From Alphaproteobacteria bacterium (GTDB taxonomy: Bacteria > Pseudomonadota > Alphaproteobacteria > Bin95): a stretch of 51,178 nt of DNA. Shown here piece after piece: positions 42,486 through 50,149 of the stretch; position 1 is the stretch's first letter, and every line of letters begins with the position of its first letter. The notes below the pieces were generated by a model. It did not search any database, had not been told where the DNA came from, and saw only the letters and a list, made by a program, of their open reading frames with translations. Location: positions 1-51,178 of the forward strand of contig JAJEAZ010000291.1 of NCBI GenBank assembly GCA_022824105.1, given 5' to 3'. A program made the position numbers and the translations under genes.

Positions 42486-43102
42486 AGCGTCCCTTTGTGA
42501 TTCTCGTAGTCCTGGTAGCTGCGGTGACGTGGGCCGTGATGGCTGCTGTGAAGGGATTGCCAGACACACTATGGGAGGCCATGCTTCCCTTCGGTAGCTC
42601 AATTGGCGTGGCAATGGGGTTGTCGTGGATGTACCAGAAAAAGGTATGGCACTGGTGGCCGTTGCAGGAGCTGTTGGCGAAGACGCCGGACTTAAGGGGG
42701 GCGTGGAAGGTAACAATTCGTCCTGCACGGATTGATCCGAGCGAAAACAGGAAAATGAAACCGGTGGAAGGATACGCACAAATAGATCAGACAGCATCGT
42801 CACTTTGTATGCGGCTTTTTACAGATGATTCTCGTTCCGAAACGTTTGCGTATTCAATAGATGAGATTGAGGGGGAGTTCCGTTTGACGGTAGCTTATGA
42901 GAACAGGCCGAGGATGGAGGACAGGGCGAGAAGCGGAACGAGCCATCAGGGTAGCGCTATTTACAGGTTTAGAGAATATAGACCGGAAGGGCTGAATGGC
43001 GAGTATTGGACGGAACTGAAAAACGTGGGCGAGATTGAACTCAGGAACAGAAGGCAGCAGGGGATAAGTTCGTTCGAGGATGGCAAGCAGGTTTTTTCTT
43101 GA
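42482..43102 (+). CDS. Two-TM + beta-barrel effector, Cap15 / S-2TMbeta-like
   Basis: 206 aa. ATG 42482 overlaps the upstream TGA (ATGA). TM1 is PFVILVVLVAAVTWAVMAAV and TM2 is MLPFGSSIGVAMGLSWMY. Then LRGAWKVTI..GYAQIDQTASSLCMRLFTDDSRSETF..FRLTVAYENRP..SHQGSAIYRF..LNGEYWT..GEIELRNR matches the G.W..I / I.QT.S / Y.N.P / H.G / L.G.Y / G.I.L pattern of Cap15-type effectors. Confidence 0.7.
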   Translation: MKRPFVILVVLVAAVTWAVMAAVKGLPDTLWEAMLPFGSSIGVAMGLSWMYQKKVWHWWPLQELLAKTPDLRGAWKVTIRPARIDPSENRKMKPVEGYAQIDQTASSLCMRLFTDDSRSETFAYSIDEIEGEFRLTVAYENRPRMEDRARSGTSHQGSAIYRFREYRPEGLNGEYWTELKNVGEIELRNRRQQGISSFEDGKQVFS

Positions 43103-43199
43103 ATGATGTCGCTATGTTCGCGATGCGACCGTCGCGTTCGGCTAGGGTCATTCAGCTAGCGGGATAGGAAAAAGGCAAGATTCGGTACGTCGACGCAGT

Positions 43200-43730
43200 C
43201 TACTCCAACAAGTCGCCGAAGCTGTCGAGATTAAGGCGAAAGCGATGCCGATCAGACCATTCGCGCTTTATGCGATCGGCTTCCTCAACGCCAAGCAAGT
43301 TCTGGCGGATCATCGATACGACCAGATCCTGCGTTGTCAGGATGTGGAGCGATGGAGCGAAACGACGCGCGAGCCGGTTGGCGACACGGTCATCGATGGC
43401 CAACGAATATCCACGCTGGACTGCGACGGCGATCGCGGAACACTCGCCTGCGCCCAGGCGTCCGGTGGCTGACAGGGAGGCGAAGAGACGGAGTTCTTCA
43501 GCGGCGGCAACGGGAATAAGGGTAAGGGTCCCGGAATCGAGCGCGGAAGCGAAGCGTCGCTGTTGATCGGGATATCGGTCCGACACTTCGTTGGCAACAT
43601 GGTCGGTGGCGAGGAAGGCATGGGAATGGCCGGCGATCAGATCGATCCTGTCGATACGCAGGAAGTTGATCAGGACCGAGGCGTCGGTGACGATGATCGC
43701 CGGCCGATCAGGTTCTGGGGAAACGCTCAC
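43200..43730 (-). CDS. PIN-domain protein
   Basis: 176 aa: AIIVTDASVLINFLRIDRIDLI..ATDHVANEV..GECSAIAVAVQRGYSLAIDDRVA (acidic PIN residues). The GTG start overlaps the upstream stop (GTGA). Confidence 0.8.
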   Translation of the reverse strand: MSVSPEPDRPAIIVTDASVLINFLRIDRIDLIAGHSHAFLATDHVANEVSDRYPDQQRRFASALDSGTLTLIPVAAAEELRLFASLSATGRLGAGECSAIAVAVQRGYSLAIDDRVANRLARRFAPSLHILTTQDLVVSMIRQNLLGVEEADRIKREWSDRHRFRLNLDSFGDLLE

Positions 43731-44965
43731 CTAGCCCGAGCCACTTCGGCAAGGCTAAGTAGAATGTCGCGGTCGATCCTCAGCATCTTGCTCATTTCGA
43801 GGACGCGTCCGCGCGAAATTTCCTCGCGGCGGTAAGCCTCGATGGCGAGATGGACAATTTCACTTCGGAGTTCGCGATCCCAGTATCTCCGCCTTTCAGG
43901 CTCGCCGACCTCGCTGAACATACTGAGAGCCTTCAGGTATTTGCGGCCGAAGTTTTCTTGATCCAGGAGTCCCCGACATTCCCTGTCGGAGACGTATCTG
44001 AGGCTCTTGAGGCGGTAGGACGCGGCCTGATAGCTCACTCCGAAGTGATGGGCGAGCATGGCGTTGTCTTTGTAGGTAATGCGTTGTGAGCGCGCAGGAG
44101 GGCGCTGTGCCGCCTCGATGTGGCCGCCGCTTGCCGCGTCGAATATGGCGTGATCGAGGCGGCTTGGCAGACCCTTATCGAGAGTTCGCAGGAAGTCACG
44201 AAAGCCGCCCCTGGGCATCAGAAAGGCGGCGGCAAAGGCGTTCGCGCGCTTTTCGACCAGTTGGGAAGAGTTATCGGTGCTGGAGATCGTAACGTCGCGA
44301 TCGCGGTCCAGTAAAGCGTGCGCGTATTCGTGCGCATAGGAGAAGCGCTTTCGGCCCCTGGGATGGGTCGAGTTGACAAGTATTGCGAGGCCGATACTGG
44401 AATGACGGAGAAACAGACCGGACATTCCATCCGGTAGCGCGACCCCGGATGCCCAAATGCCTTGAGAGGCGATGAGTTCGGAGACATCGGCTATGGGGGC
44501 GTTCCCGATGCCGAGGCGCCGCCGCTCTTGTTCCGCAGCCTGCTCGCCGTGGGAGATAGCTTCGCCTGGAGAACGTGGCATATGCGGCTCGTATCTCGGC
44601 GGGCCGGAGCGGGGCTCAGCGCCGAGCAGACGCTCGAGCATCACGCCTTCCCGGCAAAGATGGACGCAGCGCGCCACCTGCTCCGGGGTGGCCGGATCTT
44701 GCTCAAGGCCGGGGGCCGCGCGATGCAAGGCGACGAGAACGTCGTCGTCATCGCCTTCGGCTGGGTCCTGAAGGAAATCGGCGACGGGGCGAAGGTAGAG
44801 CTCTGACAGTGCTGTAAGTTCCAGGGTCGAGACTGACCGGTTGCCCGCTTCCAGCTGGGTGATGGCCGTTCGAGCAAGGCCCAATGCCTGGGCGACCTCC
44901 TGCTGACTGAGGCCGCGCGCTACGCGGGCCGTGCGCAATCGGCGTCCCAAGGTCTCCGCATCCAT
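43727..44965 (-). CDS. Fused XRE HTH + ImmA/IrrE metallopeptidase regulator (CapH-CapP-like fusion)
   Basis: 412 aa. The HTH is LGRRLRTARVARGLSQQEVAQALGLARTAITQLEAGNRSVS. The peptidase HEXXH is FSYAHEYAHALLD, followed by ..EKRANAFAAAFLMP. RBS GGGAGGA. It is divergent from the CBASS operon. Confidence 0.9.
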   Translation of the reverse strand: MDAETLGRRLRTARVARGLSQQEVAQALGLARTAITQLEAGNRSVSTLELTALSELYLRPVADFLQDPAEGDDDDVLVALHRAAPGLEQDPATPEQVARCVHLCREGVMLERLLGAEPRSGPPRYEPHMPRSPGEAISHGEQAAEQERRRLGIGNAPIADVSELIASQGIWASGVALPDGMSGLFLRHSSIGLAILVNSTHPRGRKRFSYAHEYAHALLDRDRDVTISSTDNSSQLVEKRANAFAAAFLMPRGGFRDFLRTLDKGLPSRLDHAIFDAASGGHIEAAQRPPARSQRITYKDNAMLAHHFGVSYQAASYRLKSLRYVSDRECRGLLDQENFGRKYLKALSMFSEVGEPERRRYWDRELRSEIVHLAIEAYRREEISRGRVLEMSKMLRIDRDILLSLAEVARAR

Positions 44966-45037
44966 GGTTCGTTCCTCCCTCGGCAGAAACCGCTACAAGC
45001 GGCGTGAGGATGTCACTCTCCTATATCGAACGCCAAA

Positions 45038-45058
45038 TGTCAAAATCAAACATTGACA
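45038..45058. promoter_or_regulatory. Inverted repeat TGTCAA-N9-TTGACA in the divergent CBASS/regulator promoter region
   Basis: It lies in an AT-rich 190-bp intergenic region. TTGACA also equals the -35 consensus. The arms are only 6 bp, so support is weak. Confidence 0.3.
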
Positions 45059-45155
45059 GATCGATGATCGTACATATGATTCGTGCGGTGTGGCCTGAGG
45101 GTGCGTACGGCGCGGTTCGGGTGCGGATGTCTCAAGCGGGACGCAGACAACGACA

Positions 45156-46295
45156 ATGAGCGAAGCCCCTCTACCCCCTCTCAGGGCTTTGAGCCTGGAC
45201 GGCGGCGGTATGCGCGGCATCTACACGGCGGCCTTTCTTGACCGTCTGCTGTCGCAGCACGCCAAGCGCACCGGTCAGGGGCGGCTGGATCTGGGCCGCG
45301 GAATCGACCTGATTTGCGGGACGAGCACGGGTGCGATCGTCGCTTGCGCCGTGGCGGTCGGTTGTCCGCTCGATCGCGTCGTGGATCTCTATCGAAAACA
45401 CGGGGCGGCGATATTTCCTCATCGCATCACCGGGTATCGAAGCATTGCATACCGCGCCTTCAGTGGGCGGCGCTTCGTACGGGCGGGAGACCAGGCTCTT
45501 CGATCCGCTTTGACCGAGGTGTTGGGGGACATCACGGTGGCTGATGTCTTCGACAAGCGCGGCATTTCCCTATCGGTGCCGGCAGTGGACATGTCGACGC
45601 ATCGGTCCTGGGTCTTCAAACGGACGCCGGTCAGCGGTGTGCGCGACGACGATTTCTCGTTGGTTGATGTTTGCATGGCTTCGAGCGCTGCACCGATCTT
45701 TCGATCGTTGGCGGACGTTGGTGACCCGAACAGTGATCGAGGCGCCCGCAAGGTCTTCGCGGATGGAGGTCTCTGGGCAAACAACCCCGTGCTGGTGGCC
45801 CTGACTGACGCAATGGCGATGGCTGAAGAGGATCAGCCGATCGAAATATTCTCGTTGGGGACATGCCCCCGGCCCGTAGGTGAACACATTCGAGGCGACG
45901 CCGTTCACAGGTCGCTCCTTGAGTGGCGGTTCGGCGCCGACGTGGGGCCCCTTTCGATCTCGGCACAGGAATTCGCCTACGACAATATCGCGCGGCTCTT
46001 GGGAAACGAGCTTTCCAAACAGGGGAGAAGCGTGCAGGCGATCAGGTTTCCCCGGAAGGATGTGCCGGCAAGCATGATGCCGTTCCTGGCGCTCGACGAT
46101 ACGCGGGAGGAGGCAATGGACCGCTTGGTTGAACAGGCAGGCTCGGATGCCGATTTGACGAAGAGCGCCTGTGACGATCCGGGATGCCGGGATGGCAGCA
46201 CGATCAAGTCGCTTCTTGAAAGCCTTCCGCCGGCCGACCCAAGCCGGCTGTTGTACAACCCGGGCCTGCAAGATGGCACGCCAAGTGAACCTTGA
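45156..46295 (+). CDS. capV: Patatin-like phospholipase, CBASS effector CapV-like
   Basis: 379 aa. Motifs: LSLDGGGMRG (oxyanion hole), CGTSTGAI (GxSxG) and FADGGLWANNP (catalytic Asp). Confidence 0.9.
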   Translation: MSEAPLPPLRALSLDGGGMRGIYTAAFLDRLLSQHAKRTGQGRLDLGRGIDLICGTSTGAIVACAVAVGCPLDRVVDLYRKHGAAIFPHRITGYRSIAYRAFSGRRFVRAGDQALRSALTEVLGDITVADVFDKRGISLSVPAVDMSTHRSWVFKRTPVSGVRDDDFSLVDVCMASSAAPIFRSLADVGDPNSDRGARKVFADGGLWANNPVLVALTDAMAMAEEDQPIEIFSLGTCPRPVGEHIRGDAVHRSLLEWRFGADVGPLSISAQEFAYDNIARLLGNELSKQGRSVQAIRFPRKDVPASMMPFLALDDTREEAMDRLVEQAGSDADLTKSACDDPGCRDGSTIKSLLESLPPADPSRLLYNPGLQDGTPSEP

Positions 46296-46309
46296 ACTGG
46301 AGAGAACAG

Positions 46310-47356
46310 ATGATTGATTGCGGTGCGGACGTTAAGGCGTTTCATGACGAGAAGGTGACGTTGCCTGGTTCCGAGCAGGACAAGATGAAGGACCGGCGAA
46401 ACTCGAATCGCGACAGGTTGAAGAGGAACCTCGAAAAGGACGAGAAGCCTACGCCGTACGAGCATGTCTCCCAGGGAAGCTATCGAATGAAGACGATGCT
46501 TCGGGACGAGAACAACGACTACGACATCGACGACGGAGCGTATTTCAAAAAGGGCGTTCTTGTGGGGGATCGCGGAGCGGAGATGTCGTCGCTCGACGCG
46601 CGCAAAATGGTCCGCGACGCCATGGATGACGGGAGCTTCAAGACGCCACCGGAGGTCAAGGCGAACTGCGTCCGCATCCACTATTCCGAAGGGTACCACG
46701 TGGACATTCCGGTCTACCGCCAAATCGTCGATGAAGATGCTGACGAAACGTATTATGAACTCGCGGCCAGTTCCGGATGGAAGCGTTCGGACGCGCGAGA
46801 TGTGACCAAGTGGTACGAAGAGAAGCGCACGGGCACGTCCGACGCCAATCAATTCCGGCGCTTGAATCGGTATCTCAAGAAGCACGCGAGAAGCCGGGCG
46901 AGCTGGAAGTCCCGCAATCTTAGTGGATTCGCGATCACGGCACTGCTTGCCGAGACCTTCGTTCTCAGCCCGGATCGGGATGACATCGCGTTGTATCGCA
47001 CGATGGAGGCGATGAAGAGACGTCTGGACGGCAATACCGTGATCGACCATCCGGTTACGCCGAACGAAACCATCACGACCGACGACCCGGACGCAAAGGC
47101 GCGTTTTTTCAGGGACAAGTTGAAGGAAGCGCTGGATCACCTCGCCCCGGTATACGCGGACGACTGCGACAGAGAATCGGCACTGAAGTGCTGGGACAGG
47201 GTGTTCGACACGAACTTCTTCTCCAAACGATACGAGGACGAGAAGGAGAAGAGTGCATCAATGTCTGCCCCGGCGATCGGTTCTGCTGCGATACTTGGGT
47301 CGACGGCGGCAGCTGCCTCTTCGGTGAGCGCGAGAGGCGGCGGACGGCATGCGTGA
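46310..47356 (+). CDS. cGAS/DncV-like nucleotidyltransferase (CD-NTase)
   Basis: 348 aa from MIDCGADVKAFHDEKV, with GGAGAG 5 nt upstream. Motifs: QGSYRMKTMLR..DYDIDDGAYF (GS...DxD) and GYHVDIPVY (third Asp). The C-terminal tail is Ala/Ser/Gly-rich and ends ..RGGGRHA. Confidence 0.85.
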   Translation: MIDCGADVKAFHDEKVTLPGSEQDKMKDRRNSNRDRLKRNLEKDEKPTPYEHVSQGSYRMKTMLRDENNDYDIDDGAYFKKGVLVGDRGAEMSSLDARKMVRDAMDDGSFKTPPEVKANCVRIHYSEGYHVDIPVYRQIVDEDADETYYELAASSGWKRSDARDVTKWYEEKRTGTSDANQFRRLNRYLKKHARSRASWKSRNLSGFAITALLAETFVLSPDRDDIALYRTMEAMKRRLDGNTVIDHPVTPNETITTDDPDAKARFFRDKLKEALDHLAPVYADDCDRESALKCWDRVFDTNFFSKRYEDEKEKSASMSAPAIGSAAILGSTAAAASSVSARGGGRHA

Positions 47357-49184
47357 TGCGACATTCTCTGGCGAGGGAATGGTGGAATACGAGCGTGCGA
47401 TACTTGAGGTAACGCAATGTCTTCGGGAGCACACGGGGGGTACGGCGACCCGCATTGAGCATGGGCCGATAGCGGCGGCCTACAAAACGAGAAATTTCGC
47501 CGATGGATGGCGGATCCGGGTTGCGTTCTCCGACGACAAGACGCGGAACATCGACCTGCTCGTCTCGGCCTTTTTCCCGCATAGCGCGCCCCGAGCGGCG
47601 CTGGTCGACCGTCCGGAGTACCTGACTTGGCCGCATATCGAGCATGACGGCGTTCTGTGTCTTCTTCGCAATTCCAGCGAGATTGATCCGACGGCACCCG
47701 GTGAGGTGGCGCTTGCAATTCTGAACCGGGCCGTACGACTGGTGGAAGAACTCATCGAAGGTTCGATTGTCGAGCGGGACTTCAAGCAGGAGTTCCTCAC
47801 CTACTGGTTCTACGCCAGTCAGGAGTCCGGCAAGAACGTAGTGATTCTGTGTGAACCGGTGGGCCCGTCCCGCGTGCTCAGGCGCTTCACATGGGAGGGA
47901 AAGGTTTACGTTGGCGAGAATTTGTCATCGCTTCAGCAGTGGATAGACCGGAGGTTTGGAGCGCGAACGGCGGCAAAGGCCGCGAAGACCGCGAAGCCGG
48001 CGGCGTTCATTTGGTTGCAGGAGCCGCCCCTACCGAAAAAGTATCCCGAGCGCGGATCCGACATCCTGGCGCTGGCGTCTCGCCAGGGCGAAGAGGCGGT
48101 CGAGATTCTCGCCGAAGCGGCGTCAGCCGGTGATGACGAATGTCTGGTGCTTCTCGGGGCAGAGGGGCGTGGCGGCGCGGGCGTGGTCGCCGTCCGCATT
48201 GACCGCAACCGTAGTCAGAGGACGGGAAACCGGCGAGCCAGGGACAAAATGCACCGCGGCTTTCGGGCCGGTCACCTTCCGCCGGCAGTCGCCATGGAAC
48301 GGACCTATGGGCGCAACGAGGTCCGACGTGCTGAGGTCGAAAGGGCTGATGCGGCATGGGTACATGGGAGAGGACAAGAGGCCCGCAGTCGCATCCTGCT
48401 CGAGAAGTCCGTCACGGTTTTCGGCTGCGGCTCGGTCGGGTCGTTCGTGACCCAAAGTCTGGCGCGAGCAGGTGTCGGCACGCTGCGCTTGGTAGATTTC
48501 GATAAGTTGAGCTGGGCGAATGTGGGGCGCCATACGCTCGGCGCAGATTCTGTTGGGCGGAACAAGGCAGAGGCGCTGGCGGAGAGATTGCAGCGTGAGT
48601 TTCCGCATCTTCAGTTTGAAGGGCAGAACTCGATGATCGAAGCCGCTCTGCTTGCCGACAGAGCGCGGCTGCTCCGCAGTGACCTGATTGTGTGCTTGAC
48701 GGGAAATTGGGTAGCCGAGTCTGGGTTGAACGACTGGCACGTGAAATCCGGTCTCGACAATGCGATTCTGTACGGTTGGACGGAGGACCATGCCGTTGCC
48801 GGCTCAGCGGTCGTAATCACGCCCAAAGGTAGGTGCCTGGCGTGCGGAATAGGTCGCACAGGGACGCCGCTGTTGACGGCGGTGGATTGGCCGGATGGAC
48901 GCGAGGCGCATACGGAGCCTTCCTGCGCGGATCATTACCAGCCGTACGGAGCGATCGAACTCTCTTACATCACCACGATGATTGCGAACACGGCAATCGA
49001 CGAGCTTCTCAACGCATCGGAGACGTCCTATCGAAGAATTTGGGTTTCTGGAAGGCAGGCCGAATATGGGGGAACGATCAGCAAGGCGTTCACGGAGGCT
49101 CTGGGTGGGACAGAAATGAAAAACGGGATTATAACGCTCTCCTGGGGGAACGAGACATGTGCGCTGTGCAAGGAGCGCGGATGA
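47349..49184 (+). CDS. cap2: Cap2-like E2-E1 fusion
   Basis: 611 aa. The E2 part is WPHIEHDGVLCLL (Cys104 codon at 47658-47660). The E1 part is VTVFGCGSVGSFV..LRLVDFDKLSWANVGRH.. and ..KGRCLACGI. ATG 47349 overlaps the CD-NTase stop (ATGCGTGA). Confidence 0.9.
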   Translation: MRDATFSGEGMVEYERAILEVTQCLREHTGGTATRIEHGPIAAAYKTRNFADGWRIRVAFSDDKTRNIDLLVSAFFPHSAPRAALVDRPEYLTWPHIEHDGVLCLLRNSSEIDPTAPGEVALAILNRAVRLVEELIEGSIVERDFKQEFLTYWFYASQESGKNVVILCEPVGPSRVLRRFTWEGKVYVGENLSSLQQWIDRRFGARTAAKAAKTAKPAAFIWLQEPPLPKKYPERGSDILALASRQGEEAVEILAEAASAGDDECLVLLGAEGRGGAGVVAVRIDRNRSQRTGNRRARDKMHRGFRAGHLPPAVAMERTYGRNEVRRAEVERADAAWVHGRGQEARSRILLEKSVTVFGCGSVGSFVTQSLARAGVGTLRLVDFDKLSWANVGRHTLGADSVGRNKAEALAERLQREFPHLQFEGQNSMIEAALLADRARLLRSDLIVCLTGNWVAESGLNDWHVKSGLDNAILYGWTEDHAVAGSAVVITPKGRCLACGIGRTGTPLLTAVDWPDGREAHTEPSCADHYQPYGAIELSYITTMIANTAIDELLNASETSYRRIWVSGRQAEYGGTISKAFTEALGGTEMKNGIITLSWGNETCALCKERG

Positions 49185-49283
49185 GAAGCAGCGCAAAATT
49201 GAACCGAGCTTGGTCGACAGCACAAGGTTGTGGGGAAATGTACTTGATTGACTGGAATCGCACCTGTCGCATTGGAGAGGCCA

Positions 49284-49439
49284 ATGGCGATACCTGAATC
49301 TCAATTGGATACCTGGTCTCATCAAGGTTCGGTCACGCGATCCAGCAAGACTTACGGAACCGTCAGAAGTGCACTATTGGCGGGAGGCACGGCATACGCG
49401 AACAAGGAGACAAAGGTGTTCCTCCCTGTTAATCGGTAA
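49284..49439 (+). pseudogene. 5' fragment of a second SMODS/CD-NTase-type nucleotidyltransferase gene
   Basis: RBS GGAGAGG is present. MAIPESQLDTWSHQGSVTRSSKTYGTVRSALLAGGTAYANKETKVFL matches the usual N-terminus (..SQL.tWs.qG......Y..i...L.......vfLqGSY.N.TNi). From about 49425 it reads PVNR, then stop, and AT-rich DNA begins. Confidence 0.55.
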
Positions 49440-49451
49440 CTGGGCCCGCAA

Positions 49452-50063
49452 ATGCTCGTCTCAATTCTCGTTCCATTAACGATGTTGATATGTTTACCAC
49501 TTTGGTTTAGGTTGCACTACGAGTGGATCGGAAGACGCGCATATTGGGTTTTTGGCTATCTTATTCTGCATTCACTAATCGCATTTCCTATAGATTTATT
49601 GGCGCATTTTATGGACATTGGCCAACCTTCTGCTCCGATCGCATTTTATCCTTTGGTAATTTTGAACGTATTCCTTGGTCCATTACTAATTACCCTAGCT
49701 ACTATTTATGAAGTAGTTTTATTTTGGATAAATGGTGGCGAAGAAACATGCTATATTGTGTCCGGGTTGATTTCATGGTCTCGGAAAATTGTTACTGATG
49801 AGTACGAAACGTATCCGGTGCTATACCCGTTGTTTGTAACACTAGCCCCATCTATTGGCGCAACATTGGAAATCCTATGGGGGGTACTAGTTTTCTGTTG
49901 GAGGATAATTGCAGGATCGCTAGCCGGAAGTATTGTTCCGCCCTCGCAAATACCAACCTTACAAATACCAACAAAGGAGTATTTGTCGGTTCATCTACCC
50001 CGTTTAGTAGGATTTATACCGCCCCTTGTAATCGCGGCAATAATAATTTCTTGTTCATTGTGA
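49452..50063 (+). CDS. Polytopic membrane protein, AT-rich foreign-looking gene
   Basis: 203 aa with 5-6 hydrophobic helices (VSILVPLTMLICLPLWF, WVFGYLILHSLIAFPIDLL, IAFYPLVILNVFLGPLLITLATIYEVVLFWI ...). Its composition is markedly AT-richer than everything else in the window. No family recognised. Confidence 0.6.
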   Translation: MLVSILVPLTMLICLPLWFRLHYEWIGRRAYWVFGYLILHSLIAFPIDLLAHFMDIGQPSAPIAFYPLVILNVFLGPLLITLATIYEVVLFWINGGEETCYIVSGLISWSRKIVTDEYETYPVLYPLFVTLAPSIGATLEILWGVLVFCWRIIAGSLAGSIVPPSQIPTLQIPTKEYLSVHLPRLVGFIPPLVIAAIIISCSL

Positions 50064-50149
50064 GGCTCTCACCCATGGCCCTGGAAGCAAATCGGAGATG
50101 GAGGTCATGCGGCCGGAGACTTGTCAGTGCGGCGCGCCGGGCAGCAGTG

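Noticed and set aside
49947-49972. 11-bp direct repeat CAAATACCAAC x2
   Set aside because: It lies in-frame inside the membrane-protein gene, where it encodes QIPT-L-QIPT. It is most simply a small coding duplication, and no regulatory context is evident.
49185-50149. Search for a Cap3 (JAMM) gene downstream of Cap2
   Set aside because: No frame shows the E..HxH..S..D signature. The ORFs present are an NTase fragment and a membrane protein.
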